Position numbers and translations under genes: made by a program. The notes below the pieces were generated by a model. It saw only the letters and a list, made by a program, of their open reading frames with translations. It was not told where the DNA came from and ran no database searches. Shown one piece after another: positions 11,513-23,464 of a stretch of 64,000 bases of DNA (positions are counted from its first letter, which is position 1; the number at the start of each line of letters is the position of its first letter). The stretch is taken from contig CM059431.1 of NCBI GenBank assembly GCA_030390025.1, positions 143,470,001-143,534,000 of the forward strand. The letters run 5' to 3'. The stretch is from Squalus acanthias. Taxonomy: Eukaryota.

Positions 11513-13210
11513 GAAATATGAGCAGCAGTAGGCCATTCGGCCCTTCGTGCCTTCTCCGCCATTCAATATGATCATGGCTGATCCTCTCTCTCAATACCAT
11601 ATTCCCGCTCTCTCCCCATATCCCTTAATGCCTTTTGTGTCTAGAAATCTATCTATCCCCTTCTTAAATATATTCAGTGACTTGGCCTTCACAGCCTTCT
11701 GTGGTAGAGAATTCCACAGGTTCACCGCCCTCTGAGTGAAGAAATTTCACCTCATTTCAGTTCTAAATGTCCTACCCCGTATCCTGAGACTGTGACCCCT
11801 CGTTCTAGTCACCTCAGCCAGGGGAAACATCCTCCCTGCATCCAGTCTGTCTAGCCCTTTCAGAATTTTATACATTTCAATGAGATCCCCTCTCATTCTT
11901 CTAAACTCTAGAGAATACAGGCCTAGTCAACCCAATCTCTCCTCATCCGACAATCCTGCCATCCCAGGCTTCAGTCTGGTGAGCCTTCGCTGCACTCCCT
12001 CTGTTGCAAGAATATCCTTTCTTAGGTAAGTAGACCAAAACTGCACATAGTACTCCAGTTGTGGTCTCACCAAGGCCCTGTATCACTGTAGTAAGACATC
12101 CTTGCTCCTGTACTCAAATCCTCTTGCAATGAAGGCCAACATACCATTTGCCTTCCTATCTGCCTGCTGCACCTGCATGTTTGCTTTCAGTGACTGGTGT
12201 ACAAGGACACCCAGGTCCCTTTATACATCAACATTTCCCAATCTATCACCATTTAAATAATACTCTGCCTTTCTGTATTTCTACCGAAGTGGATAACTTC
12301 ACATTTATCCACGTTATACTGCATCTGCCATGTATTTGCCCACTCACTCAACTTGTCTAAATCGCCTTGAAGCCTCTTTGCATCCTCCTCACAACTCCCA
12401 CTCCCACCGAGTTTCGTATCATCAGCAAACTTGGAAATATTAATTTGGTTCCCTCATCCAATCATTGATATATATTGTTAATAGCTGGAGCCCAAGCATT
12501 GATCCCAGTCGAACCCCACTAGTCACCAACTGCCAACCCGAAAAAGACACATTTATTCCTCCTCTCTGTTTCCTGTCTGTTAACTAATTTCTAATCCATG
12601 CTAGTATATTACCCCCAATCGCATGTGCTTTAATTTTGCACACTAACCTCTTATTTCGACTTTATCATAGGCCTTCTGAAAATCCAAATACACCACATCC
12701 ACTGGTTCTCCCTAATCTATTCTAGCAGTTACATCCTCAAAAAACTCCAGTAGGTTTGTCAAACACGATTTCCCTTGTTGACTCTGTCTCATCCCATTGA
12801 TATTTTCTAACTGTCCTGTTATCACATACTTTATAATAGACTCTAGCATTTTCCCTACGACTGATGTTAGGCTAACTGGCCTGTAGTTCCCTGTTTTCTC
12901 TCGCCCTCCTTTTTTAAATACTTGGGTTACATTTGCCAACCTCCAATCTGCAGGAAATGTTCCATAATCTATAGAATTTTGGAACATGACAACCAATGCA
13001 TCCACTATTTCCATGGCTACATCTTTTAATACTCTGGGATGCAGATTATCAGGCCCTGGGGATTAATTAGCTTCCAGTCCCATTAATTTCTCCAGCACTA
13101 TTTTTTTACTTAAACTAATCTCCTTTAATTCCTCCTTCTCACTAGACCCTTGGTTCACTAGCATTTCTGGGAATTTATTTGTGTCCTCTTCCGTGTAGAC
13201 AGAACCAAAG
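11513..13210 (-). mobile_element. CR1 LINE, 5'-truncated, degenerate
   Basis: 3'UTR signature (gtaggccattcggcccttcg...atcatggctgatc) at 11520-11585; ORF 12712-13014 (NYRPVSLTSVVGK, SCLTNLLEFFE). Confidence 0.88.
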
Positions 13211-13701
13211 TTGGGCAGGAGGGCAGAATTAGAGGAGCGCAGATATCTCGGGTGGTTGTTGGGCTGAAGGAGTTTACAGAGGTCAGGAGGGGCGAGGCCA
13301 TGAAGGGATTTGGAAAAAAAGGATGAGAATTTTGAAATCTAGGGGCTGCTTAACCTTGAGCTAACGGAGGTCAGTGAGCACAGGGGTGATGGGCGAACGT
13401 GACTTGGTGTGAGTTAGGAAAACGGGCAGCCGCACTTTGGATGACCTCAAGTTTATGTAGGCCAACCAGGAGTGCATTGGAATAGTCAAGTCTTGAAGTA
13501 AAAAAGACATGGATGAGGGTTTCAGCAGTGGATGAGCTGAGGCAAGGGTGGAGACGGGCGATGTTACTGAGGTGGAAGTAGGTGGTCTTTGTTATGCTGC
13601 AGATATGTGGTCTGAAGCTCATTTCAGGGTCAAATATGACACCAAGGTTGCAAACAGTGTGATTCAGCCTCAGACAGATGTTAGGGAGAGGGATTGAGTC
13701 A
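13211..13701 (-). mobile_element. L2 LINE fragment (RT C-terminal), left part of an L2 split by the full-length CR1
   Basis: ORF 13371-13718 (NLGVIFDPEMSF, TAETLIHVFFTSRLDYSNALL); the sequence resumes at 18161. Confidence 0.82.
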
Positions 13702-13802
13702 TAAGAACATAAGAACATAAGAAGTAGGAGCAGGAGTAGGCCATACGACCCTTCGGGCCTGCTCCGCCATTCAATAGGATCATGGCTGATCCGAACCTAG
13801 AC

Positions 13803-15329
13803 TCACGTCCACTTCCCTGCCCGCTCCCCATAACCCTTAATTCCCTTATCAGCTAGGAAACTGTCCAGCTCCGTTTTAAATTTATTTAATGTCGCAGCTT
13901 CCACAGCTCTCTGAGGTAGCAAATTCCATCGATTTACCACCCTCTGAGTGAAGAAGTTTCTCCTCATCTCAGTTTTGAAACGGCAGCCCCTTATTCTAAG
14001 ATTATGCCCCCTAGTTCTAGTCTCACCCATCAGTGGAAACATCCTCCCCGCATCGACCTGATCAAGCCCTCTCACATTCTTATATGTTTCGATAAGATCG
14101 CCTCTCATTCTTCTGTATTCCAATGAGTAGAGGCACAACCTACTCAACCTTTCCTCATAAGTCAACCCCCTCATCTCCGGAATCAACCGAGTGAACCTTC
14201 TCTGAACTGCCTCTAGAGCAAGTATATCTTTTCTTAAATATGGAAACCAAAACTGTACGCAGTATTCCAGGTGTGGCCTCACCAGTACCTTGTATAACTG
14301 AAGCAAGACTTCCCTGCTTTTATACTCCATCCCTCTTGCAATAAAAGCCAAGATTCCATTGGCCTTCCTGATCACCTGCTGTACCTGCATACTAACCTTC
14401 TGTGTTTCATGCACCAGGACCCCCAGATCCCTTTGTACTGTAGCACTTTGCAGTTTCTTTCCATTTAGATAATAACTTGCTCTTTGATTTTTTCTGCCAA
14501 AGTGCATAACCTCACACTTTCCAACATTATATTCCATCTGCCAAATTTCTGCCCACTCACTTAGCCTGTCTATGTCCTTTTGCAGGTTTTTTATGTCCTC
14601 CTCACTCACTGCTTTCCCTCCCATCTTTGTATCGTCAGCAAACGTGGATACGTTGCACTTGGTCCTCTCCTCCAAATCGTTAATATAGATTGTAAAGAGT
14701 TGGGGTCCCAGCACTGACCGCTGTGGTACACCACTAGTTACTGATTGCCAACCCGAAAATGAACCATTTATCCCAACTCTCTGTTTTCTGTTAGATAGCC
14801 AATCTTCCACCCATGCCAGTATATTACCGCCAATCCCGTGATTTTTAATCTTGTGCAGTAATCTTTTGTGTGGTAACTTGTCAAATGCCTTTTGGAAGTC
14901 CAAATACACCACATCCACTGATTCCCCTTTATCCACCTTGTTTGTTACGTCCTCAAAGAATTCGAGCAAATTTGTCAAGCATGATTTCCCCTTCATCAAA
15001 CCATGCTGACTCTGTCCGATTAAGTTATGCTTATCCAAATGTCCTGTTACTGCTTCCTTAATAATGCACTCCAACATTTTACCAACCACAGATGTTAGAC
15101 TAACTGGTCTATAGTTTCCAGCCTTTTGTCTACCTCCCTTTTTAAATAAGGGTGTTACATTAGCAGTTTTCCAATCTGCTGGGACCTTTCCCGAATACAG
15201 GGAGTTTTGGAGAATTACCACCAATGCATCCGCAATCCCTACCGCAACTTCTCTCAAGACCCTAGGATGTAAGCCATCAGGTCCAGGGGATTTATCCGCC
15301 TTAAGTGCCATTATCTTACCGAGTACCAT
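13803..15329 (-). CDS. CR1 ORF2 reverse transcriptase region
   Basis: KSPGPDG, NYRPVSLTS, YLDFQKAFD, GVPQRSVLGP, FADDTK; open to the natural stop. Confidence 0.88.
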   Translation of the reverse strand: MVLGKIMALKADKSPGPDGLHPRVLREVAVGIADALVVILQNSLYSGKVPADWKTANVTPLFKKGGRQKAGNYRPVSLTSVVGKMLECIIKEAVTGHLDKHNLIGQSQHGLMKGKSCLTNLLEFFEDVTNKVDKGESVDVVYLDFQKAFDKLPHKRLLHKIKNHGIGGNILAWVEDWLSNRKQRVGINGSFSGWQSVTSGVPQRSVLGPQLFTIYINDLEERTKCNVSTFADDTKMGGKAVSEEDIKNLQKDIDRLSEWAEIWQMEYNVGKCEVMHFGRKNQRASYYLNGKKLQSATVQRDLGVLVHETQKVSMQVQQVIRKANGILAFIARGMEYKSREVLLQLYKVLVRPHLEYCVQFWFPYLRKDILALEAVQRRFTRLIPEMRGLTYEERLSRLCLYSLEYRRMRGDLIETYKNVRGLDQVDAGRMFPLMGETRTRGHNLRIRGCRFKTEMRRNFFTQRVVNRWNLLPQRAVEAATLNKFKTELDSFLADKGIKGYGERAGKWT

Positions 15330-15735
15330 CTCCTTAGTGATTTTAATCGTGTTTAGCTCCTCCCCCCTATAGCCGCTTGTTTGTCCAGTGTTGGGATATT
15401 TTTAGTGTCCTCTACTGTAAAGACTGATACAAAATATTTGTTCAGCGTATTTGCCATCTCCATGTTCCCCACTACTAATTTCCCGGTCTCGTCCTCTGAG
15501 GGACCAACATTCACTTTAGCCACCCTTTTTCGTTTTATATAACTGTAGAAACTCTTGCTATCTGTTTTTATAATTTTTGCTACTTTACTTTCATAATCTG
15601 TCTTCCCTTTCTTAATTAATCTTTTAGTTATCCTTTGCTGATTTTTAAATGCTTCCCAATCTTCTATCCTCCCACTAGATTTGGCTACTTTATATGCCCT
15701 TGTTTTCAGTCGGATACTATCCTTTATTAGTTTAC

Positions 15736-16752
15736 TTAGCCACGGATGGCTGTCTTTTCTTTAAGCCCCTTTTTCCTCAGTGGAATATATTTTTCTTGAA
15801 AGTTGTGAAATACCTCCTTGAATGTACACCACTGCTCCTGTACCGTCTTACACCTTAATTTATTTTCCCAGTCCACTTTAGTCAACTCTGTTCTCATACC
15901 TTCATAGTCTCCTTTATTTAAGCTTAGTACGCTGGTTTGAGATCCAACTCTCTCACCCTCCAACTGAATTTGGAATTCAACCATGTTAAAGTCACTCATT
16001 CCAAGGGGATCCTTTACTAGGACACTTTTTATTAATCCTGTCTCATTACACAGGACCAGATCTAAGATTGCCTGCCCCCTAGTTGGTTCAGTAACATACT
16101 GCTCAAGGAACCCGTCCCTAATGCACTCCATGAACTCTTCCTCAAGGCTGCCCTGCCCAATTTGATTTGTCCAGTCAATATGAAAGTTAAAATCTCCCAT
16201 GATTATAGCTGTTCCCTTATTACAAGCCCTAACTATTTCCTGATTAATACTCCGACCAATTGAGTTGCAACTGTTAGGAGGCCTATAGACTACGCCCACT
16301 AGTGACTTTTTCCCCTTATTATTAATTATCTCCACCCAAACTGTTTCACTATCCTGGTCCTTTGACCCAATATAATTTCTCACTATTGCAGTGATTCCAT
16401 CCTTTATTAACAAAGCCACCCCACCTCCCTTTCCTTCCTGTCTTTCCTTCCTAATAGTCAAATACCCCTGGATGTTTAGGTCCCAGTCATGGTCACCTTG
16501 CAGCCATGTTTCTGTAATGGTCACCAGATCATACCCATGTGTAGTTATTTGTACCGTCAACTCTTCTGTTTTGTTACGAATGCTGCGTGCATTCAGATAA
16601 AGAACTTTTAAATATGTTTTGTGACAATTTATTCCTGCTTTTACCCCCTTTACTACTTTACCTTTATCTTTATATATTCTGTCCCTTCCTGACACGCTCT
16701 GGTTTTTAATTACCCGACTGTTACTTTGCTCTATTGCCTTCTCCGCTGACAT
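15736..16752 (-). CDS. CR1 ORF2 APE endonuclease region (frameshifted near 15760)
   Basis: YLNARS, ITETW, GGGVAL, VYRPP, MGDFN, LDLV. Confidence 0.85.
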   Translation of the reverse strand: MSAEKAIEQSNSRVIKNQSVSGRDRIYKDKGKVVKGVKAGINCHKTYLKVLYLNARSIRNKTEELTVQITTHGYDLVTITETWLQGDHDWDLNIQGYLTIRKERQEGKGGGVALLIKDGITAIVRNYIGSKDQDSETVWVEIINNKGKKSLVGVVYRPPNSCNSIGRSINQEIVRACNKGTAIIMGDFNFHIDWTNQIGQGSLEEEFMECIRDGFLEQYVTEPTRGQAILDLVLCNETGLIKSVLVKDPLGMSDFNMVEFQIQLEGERVGSQTSVLSLNKGDYEGMRTELTKVDWENKLRCKTVQEQWCTFKEVFHNFQEKYIPLRKKGLKEKTAIRG

Positions 16753-16790
16753 TTTTGTTTTTTGCTCTCTTGAAACCTCCCCCCCACTAA

Positions 16791-17747
16791 TTAGTTTAAA
16801 GCCCTCTCTACAGTCCTAGTTATTCGATTCGACAGGACTCTAGTCCCAGCACTGGCCAAGTGAAGTCCGTCCCAACGGAACAGCTCTCTCCTGTCCCAGT
16901 ACTGGTGCCAGTGTCCCAGGAAGCAAAACCCATTTCTCCAACACCAGTCTTTGAGCCACGCATTTAACTCTCTGATTTTATTTACCCTAGTCAAATTTGC
17001 TCGTGGCTTAGGTAGTAATCCAGAGATTACTACCCTAGAGGTTCTGTTTTTTAATTTGGCCCCTAGCTGCTCATACTCCCTCAGTAGAACCTCATTCCTT
17101 GTCCTATCTATGTCATTGGTACCAACATGGACCACGACAACTGGATCCTCCCCCTCCCACTTCAAGTTTCTCTCCAGCCCAGAGAAGATGTCCTTAACCC
17201 TGGCACCGGGCAGGCAACACAGCCTTCGGGACTCTCGCTCTCGGCTGCAAAGAACCCTATCTATCCCCCTAATGATACAATCCCCTACCACTACAACATT
17301 TCTTTTTACTCCCCCAACTTGAATGGCTCCCCGTACCACGGTGCTGTGGCCAGGTGGCTCATCCTCCCTGCAGTCCCTGCTCCCGTCCTCACAGGGAGTA
17401 AGACCCTCGGACCTGTTGGACAAGAGCAATGGCTGCGACTCCTCCAACACTACCTCCTGGATCCCCGTACCTGGCTCACTCATAGTCACACCCTCCTGTC
17501 CCTGACCACGGACTACATCTGAATTAGTTAATCTTATTGGTGTGACTACCTCCTGGAACACAGAGTGCAGGTAACTCTCCCCTTCCCTGATGTGTCGCAG
17601 TGTTTGAAGCTCGGATTCCAGCTCATCAACACTGAGCCGGAGTTCCTCGAGCAGCCAACACTTACTGCAAATGTGATCACCGTGAACATCAATGGTGTCC
17701 ACCAGCTCCCACATATTGTAGCAGTAACACATCACCTGCTCTCTCAT
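16791..17747 (-). CDS. CR1 ORF1 protein (Cys-rich N-terminus, coiled coil, SGNH/GDSL-type esterase domain)
   Basis: CYCYNM...CSKC, heptad-like LEELRLSVDELESELQTL, VVVGDCIIRG, HVGTND, DGLHL; intact 318 aa. Confidence 0.85.
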   Translation of the reverse strand: MREQVMCYCYNMWELVDTIDVHGDHICSKCWLLEELRLSVDELESELQTLRHIREGESYLHSVFQEVVTPIRLTNSDVVRGQGQEGVTMSEPGTGIQEVVLEESQPLLLSNRSEGLTPCEDGSRDCREDEPPGHSTVVRGAIQVGGVKRNVVVVGDCIIRGIDRVLCSRERESRRLCCLPGARVKDIFSGLERNLKWEGEDPVVVVHVGTNDIDRTRNEVLLREYEQLGAKLKNRTSRVVISGLLPKPRANLTRVNKIRELNAWLKDWCWRNGFCFLGHWHQYWDRRELFRWDGLHLASAGTRVLSNRITRTVERALN

Positions 17748-18160
17748 TCTATGAAATTAATTACATTTATTAATATTATTTACCCTTTAATTAATTTAAA
17801 TTAAAACAATACTCAAGGACACTTTTATGCCAGCAGTCTCCGCTACACCACAGAGACCCTAGCAACTATAAACTACGGAATTGAAGTTGTGTAAAAAAAG
17901 GAGAAAGAGTGAAATACTCACCAACCAATCACTTACCTGATTTCTGCTAACGTCACACTTCGATTAATTTTTACTTCTTTCTCTCCAGCTCTCGGAGGTT
18001 AAATTCGTATGACTTCCTGGTCTGCTGCCGCCTTTTAAGAGCTCTGCCTCGCCGCTGCCGCTACACCCAGGTCCGCCGCCTCTGTGGGCCTACCTGGTCT
18101 GCTGCCGCCTTTTAAGAGCTCCGCATTGCCGCTGCCGCTACACCCAGGTCCGCCGCCTCT

Positions 18161-18855
18161 GTCAGTGGCTAGGTAACTAAGTTTGTGGCAGGGACCGAAA
18201 TCAATAGCTTCGGTCTTCCCAATATTTAATTGGAGAAAATCTTTGCTTATCCAGAACTGTATTTCGGACAAGCAGTCTGAAAATTTAGAGACCGTGGAGG
18301 GGTCAAGAGAAGACGGAGTGAGGTAAAGGTATGTGTCGTCAGCGTACATGTGGAAACTGATGCTGTGTTTTCAGATGATGTCACCAAGGGTCAACATGTA
18401 GATGAGAAATAGGAGTAGACAGAAGATAGATCCTTGGGGGACACCAGAGGTAATGATGCGGGAGCGGGAAGAGAAGCCGTTGCCGGTGAATCTTTGGCTA
18501 TGATTAGATAGATAAGAATGGAACCAGGCAAGTGCAGTCCCACCCGGCTGGCGACGGTGGAGAGGCGTTGGAGAAGGAAGCAGTGGTGAACCGTTTCAAA
18601 GGCTGCAGAAAGGTCAAGAAGGACGAGGATGGATTGTTTACCTTTGTCACAGTCACAAAGGATGTCATTTGTGACTTTGTGAGAGCCATTTCGGTACAGT
18701 GGCATGGGCGGAAACCGGATTGCAGGGATTCAAACATGGAATTGTGGGAAAGATGGGCATGGATTTGGGAGGCGACAACACGTTCAAGGACTTTGCACTG
18801 GAAAGGGAGGTTGGAGATGAGGCGGTAGTTTGCAATGACGGAGGGATCAAGGGAA
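18161..18855 (-). mobile_element. L2 LINE fragment (RT core), right part of the split L2
   Basis: YADDT, LLDLSAAF, QSGFRP and NYRLISNLPF in ORFs 18035-18349, 18391-18705 and 18504-18872. Confidence 0.85.
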
Positions 18856-18973
18856 GGTACCATTAATACCAAAGGTTTAAGGTCACCTCTGTAGTAGGAG
18901 TCGTTTAACCACTAGTACCAGAGGAGCACTCTCACCACTAGTGTAACTGTAGGGTTACCTCTAGTTCCAATGA

Positions 18974-19835
18974 ACAACAACAACTTGCATTTATATAGCG
19001 CCTTTCACATAATAAACTTTCAATGGTGCTTCACAGGAGTGTTAGCAAACCAACTCTGACACCGAGCCACATAAGGTGATATGATTAAAATCGGATATAT
19101 GTAAGAGGTCAGAATTAGAGGAGTGCGGTTATCTTGGAGAGTTGTAGGGCTGGAGGAGATTATAGAGATAGGAAGGGGCTAAGCCATGGAGGGATTTCAA
19201 AACACGGATGACGATTTAAAATCGAGGTGTTGCTTAACCTGGAGCCAGCACAGGGTTGATGGGTGATCGGGAGTTGGTGCGAGGCAGGATACAGCCGGCC
19301 GAGTTTTGGATAAGCTTAAGTTTATAGAGGGTTGAAGTTGTAAGACCGGCCCGGAGTGCGTTGGAATAGTCAAGTCTAGAGGTAACAAAGCCTAGAATGA
19401 GGGTTTCAGCATCAGATCAGCTGAGGCAGGGGTGGAGTCGGGTGATGTTACGGAGGTTGATATAGGTGGTCTTAGTGATGGTACGGATATGTGCTCAGAA
19501 GAGCATCTCCGAATCAATTATGGCAACAAATTTGCGAGCAGCCTGGTTCAGCCTCAGACACTTGCCAGGGAGAGGGATGGAGTCAATGGCTAGGGAACGG
19601 AGTTTGTGGGAGGGGGCGGGGCGTCCGGAGACAATGGCTTTGGTGCTCCCGATATTTAGTTGGAGGAACTTTCTGTTCATCCAGTAATGGATGTCGGACA
19701 AGTATTCTGACAATAGAGACAGATGGAGGGATTGGGAGAAGTGTGATGTGGGTGTCATCAGCGTACATGTTGAACCTGACTTTGTGTTTTCACAAGATGT
19801 CGCTGAGGGGCAGCGTATAGATGATAAATAGGAGA
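18974..19835 (-). mobile_element. L2 LINE 3' portion
   Basis: Plus strand begins aacaacaacaacttgcatttatatagcgcc (L2 3' end); YADDT in ORF 19583-19768. Confidence 0.8.
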
Positions 19836-20312
19836 AGCCCGATCACCGGTAGTGTAAGTGTAGGGTACCACTTGTATCGAAGGAGCAGGGCCAGTTCTGT
19901 TGTATTTATAGGGTACTACTAGTACAAGAGAATCACCTTTACCTGTAGTGTAAGTGTAGGTTATCAGTGGTACCTGAGGAGCACGATCACCTGTAGTGCA
20001 AATGTAGGGTGCCGCTGGTAGTAAAGGAGAACAGTCCCCTCTAGTATTAGTTGAGGGAACCAATAGTACCACAGGATTATGTTTAGTTCTACTGTAAGTT
20101 TAACATACAATTTTTACCAAAGGAGCACTGTCGCCTCTAGAAAAATTGTAATGATACCACTAGTACCGGAGGAGCATGGTCAGATCTGGTGTTCCTGTAG
20201 GCATGCCACTAGTATCAGAAGTTCACAGTCACCTCTACTTTAGGTGTACGGGTAACACGAGGTCTCGAGGGGCACTGTAACTCGAGTGTAAAGGTAGGGC
20301 GACCACCAGTAC

Positions 20313-20520
20313 TTTTTTTTTTATTCGCTTATGTCATCTGGGCGTCATTGGCCAGCATTTATCGCCCATCCCTAGTTGCTCTTGAGAAGGTGGTGGTTAA
20401 CCGCCTTCTTGAACCGCAGCAGTCCGTGTGGTGAAGGTGCTCCAACAGTGCTGTTAGGTAGGGAGTTCCAGGATTTTCACCCAGCAATGATGAAGGATCG
20501 GTAATATGCTTCTAGCCATG
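20313..20520 (-). mobile_element. 3' end of the second CR1/Jockey-group LINE family
   Basis: Matches 53310-53510 (ggccagcatttat...ttgagaaggtggtgg...ccgccttcttgaaccgc), which encodes the ORF2 C-terminus. Confidence 0.75.
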
Positions 20521-20569
20521 TCCATAGCCGTTGCCGAGGTCGATCTGGTTTCATTCATATTATGTTTCT

Positions 20570-20890
20570 GTAGTTACAACTGAGTGACTTGCTAGGCCAT
20601 TTCAGAGGGCAGTTAAGAGTCAACCACATTGCTGTGGGTCTGGAGTCAAATATAGACCAGACCGGGTAAGGACGGCAGATTTCCTTCCCTGAAGGGCATT
20701 AGTGAACCAAATGGTTTTTTACGATAATCCGATAGTTTCATGGTTATCATTAATGATACTAGCTTTTTATTCCAGATTTATTTAATTAACTGACTTTAAA
20801 TTTAATTTGGATTTGAACTCAATCTCTGAATCATTAGAGCAGGCCTCTGGATTATTAGCCCAGTGATATTACCACTATGCTACCATTCCT
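20570..20890 (-). mobile_element. tRNA-derived SINE
   Basis: Minus strand starts with an A-box-like TAGCATAGTGG and carries a B-box-like GAGTTCAAATCC. A partial second copy lies at ~63850-64000. Confidence 0.65.
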
Positions 20891-21154
20891 GGTGGACCGC
20901 AGTCAGCTCTAATGAAAGGGAAGAGTACGATTAGTACTGAAGGAGCTGCCTCACATCAAATGCAGGCGTGTGGGTACCACCAGTCCCGGTAGAGCACGGT
21001 CACACCTAGTGTAAGTGTAGCGACCCATTAGCACCAGAATTCATCGTCACATCTAGTCTTAATGCAGGTCTATCACTAGTACCAGAGCAACACAGTCATA
21101 TAAGAAAGTGTAGGGTAACTTCATTACGGAAGGAGAATGGTCACCTCTAGTGTA

Positions 21155-21465
21155 TGTTGTTGGTGAAAAATTAATTCACTCGAGGCTGTCTCAAAGCAAA
21201 AGATCACAGTTTATTATTCAAAGCGCTTGGGAGAAGAGTCATAGCCCCCGCGGTCTAGTGAAGAGCTTTTCAATTTAATAGTAGCAGCCAAGCTTCTTTA
21301 TACACTTCAAGAAGCCAGAAAGTACAAACATCAGCAGTTATTAAATCATGAGTGGCCCTTAGTCAGGGCCTCTAAAAACAACCTGATTAGAATCTTACAA
21401 TGTTATCGAAACCCATTCTAGTTCTGCTTTTGTCTAAAAGCCACGTTGACTCTGCCGAATCAAGT
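21155..21465 (-). mobile_element. Possible truncated solo LTR
   Basis: Minus strand has TATAAA (~21297-21302), then AATAAA (~21210), and ends CAACA. The other end is lost at a CR1 junction. Confidence 0.35.
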
Positions 21466-23460
21466 TATGACTTTCTAAGCATTATCCAGACGACTGATGT
21501 CAGGCTTTCTGGCCTGTAGATTCCTTTTTTCTCTCTCCCTCCTTTCTTGAATAGCAGGGTTACATTTGCTACCTTGCAATCCGTTTGGACCGTTATAGAA
21601 TCTAGGGAATTTTGGAAGATATAAACCAATGCATCCACTATCTCTTCAGCCACCTCTTTTAGAACCCAAGGATGGATGACATTAGGTCCAGGGGATTTGT
21701 CGGCTTTTAGTCCCATTAGTTTCTCTCGTACTTTTTCTCTACTTATATTAATTACGTTAAGTTGCTCACCCTCATTTTACATTTGGTTCCCCACCATGTT
21801 TGATAAGCTTTTTGCGTCTTCTACTGTGAAGACAGATGCAAAATATTTTTTTAACATTTCTGCCATTTTCTTATTCCCCATAATATTTCTCCTGTTTCAG
21901 CCTCTAAGGGATCTATTTTTACTTTTGCTGCTGTCTTGCTTTTTACATACTTGTAGAAGTTTTACAATCTGTTTTTATATTTCTTGCTGGTTTGCTCTCA
22001 TATACCATTTTTTCCCTTTTTATCCATTTTTCGGTCAACCTTATGCTGGTTTCTGAAACTTAACAATCCTCAGGCTTTCTACTATTCTTCGAAACATTAT
22101 AAGCTTCGTCTTTCAATCGAATGCTATTCTTACCTTCTTCAGTTATCCACGGATGGATCACTTTTCTCGTGGAGTTTTTGTTTATCAATGGAATGTATTT
22201 TTGTTGAAAGTTATGAAATATTTCTTTAACTACCACTGTTTATCTACCGTGACAACTTTCAATCTATTTTTCAATGTAACTTAGCTAATTCACCCCTCAT
22301 AACTATGTAAGAGTTTAGATTCGGACTTAGGCAAGTCACTCTCAAACTTAATGCCCCAAAATTTGCGGTGGGAAACTTCCCGCTGGCAGATGCCTCCAAC
22401 CTGTAAAACATCTACAAATTTATCTGGTGGTCTGGGAGGTACGGAGGCTTGCGCTCCTGGGCCTCTTTCAGTACCCGCGGGTAGAGGCCCACGTATCCGA
22501 GGGGCGCTTGTGAACCACATGCGCACCTGGGATCACTCCGGCAAGCCCAACCAATAACAGAAGGGAATCCCCATTCATACTTATGGGAGTTCCGTACGGA
22601 CGGAATCTCCAAAAGTGTGAATGGGGATCGGTTAAAAAATACACAAACACTTGCAATAAATTTTTAAAAATCCATATTTTAAATGAATAAAAATGCCATT
22701 TAATTAAATACTTTAAACAATAATTTAATTAAAAAATATATGTTTTAACAGGGCTAAAAATAAATGTCTTTTTTAGACAGGGTTTTTAATGTGTTAATAA
22801 GTGATAAAATTAAAGAGCTTATCCTTGTAAAAGAAGGCCTTCCTCCTGCATTTACCAGGCGCAAGAAATTCACAGGCATTCTGCGGGCAGAAGTCGGGCA
22901 AATAGCGCAACTCTCCAACTGTGGAGGCCCTTTTCCAGGGGATGCAGATAATCTGTTAAGAAAAATCTTGACAGATCACAAGTTCCGGGTTTTAGTGTAT
23001 GCGCATCACATACCTCAAGCTGGAAAGTGCGCGGCCCCTTTGGGCGCGTGCACACCTCGCAATTACCTGTAGGGGTCGCAAAATACGGCCCTTTGTGAAA
23101 TTCTATCATATTATGAGCACCCTGCCCCAGCGGATACTTTACTATGAGAATGCTAATTAACCCTGTCTCTTTACACAATACAAGTTCTAAAATAGCCTAT
23201 TCATTGGTTAGGCCCATGAAATTTTTGGATGTTTTTGGATATTAAGTGAATCAAGTTATATTTGGATAGTGCAGGAAAGTGGAGTTGAGGTAGAAGATCA
23301 GTAATGAACTTTTTGAATGGCGGAGCAGGCTCGAATGGACAATTGGCCTACTCCTGCTCCAATTTCTTATGAAATTGTCCCGAATGCATTCCATGAACAC
23401 GTACTCCAGAGTACCTTTGTCAATTTGATTTGTCCAGTCTACATGAAGAAGAATGCTCCA
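21465..23460 (-). mobile_element. CR1 ORF2 fragments interrupted by a ~740-bp insert (22351-23092) and a short plus-strand CR1 3' end (~23220-23370)
   Basis: ORF 21465-21716 (KADKSPGP, KKGGREK); EN-region sequence resumes after 23092 (CKETGLISILIVKYPLG...HNMIEF). Confidence 0.75.
22351..23092. mobile_element. Probable non-autonomous DNA transposon (MITE-like) inserted in CR1
   Basis: Cleanly interrupts CR1; weak terminal inverted similarity (ccaaaatttgcg / cgcaaaatacggccc); GC-rich arms around an AT-rich core. Confidence 0.45.
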
Positions 23461-23464
23461 GTGT

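Larger units (their letters stand above)
13702..18160 (-). mobile_element. Near-full-length CR1 LINE (5'UTR, ORF1, ORF2, 3'UTR, tail), ~4.46 kb
   Basis: ORF1 16791-17747, EN 15736-16752, RT 13803-15329 and tail (taagaaca)n at 13702-13725. Flanked by gtca (13698-13701 and 18161-18164) inside an otherwise contiguous L2. Confidence 0.95.
18856..21155. repeat. Old degenerate 48-bp satellite in three blocks (18856-18970, ~19835-20312, ~20890-21155), interrupted by TEs
   Basis: Consensus approximately ggagcacagtcacctctagtgtaagtgtagggtaccactagtaccaga; 16-aa periodicity in ORF 19758-20072. Confidence 0.7.

Noticed and set aside
9070..11600. Many long Gly/Trp/Val- or Pro/Thr/His-rich ORFs (also 31684-32632 and 41310-42822)
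   Set aside because: Translations of stop-poor minisatellites, open in most frames, with no splice or start context.
20790..20890. Possible tRNA gene (A and B boxes on the minus strand)
   Set aside because: No cloverleaf is evident and it continues into a SINE body repeated near 63850.
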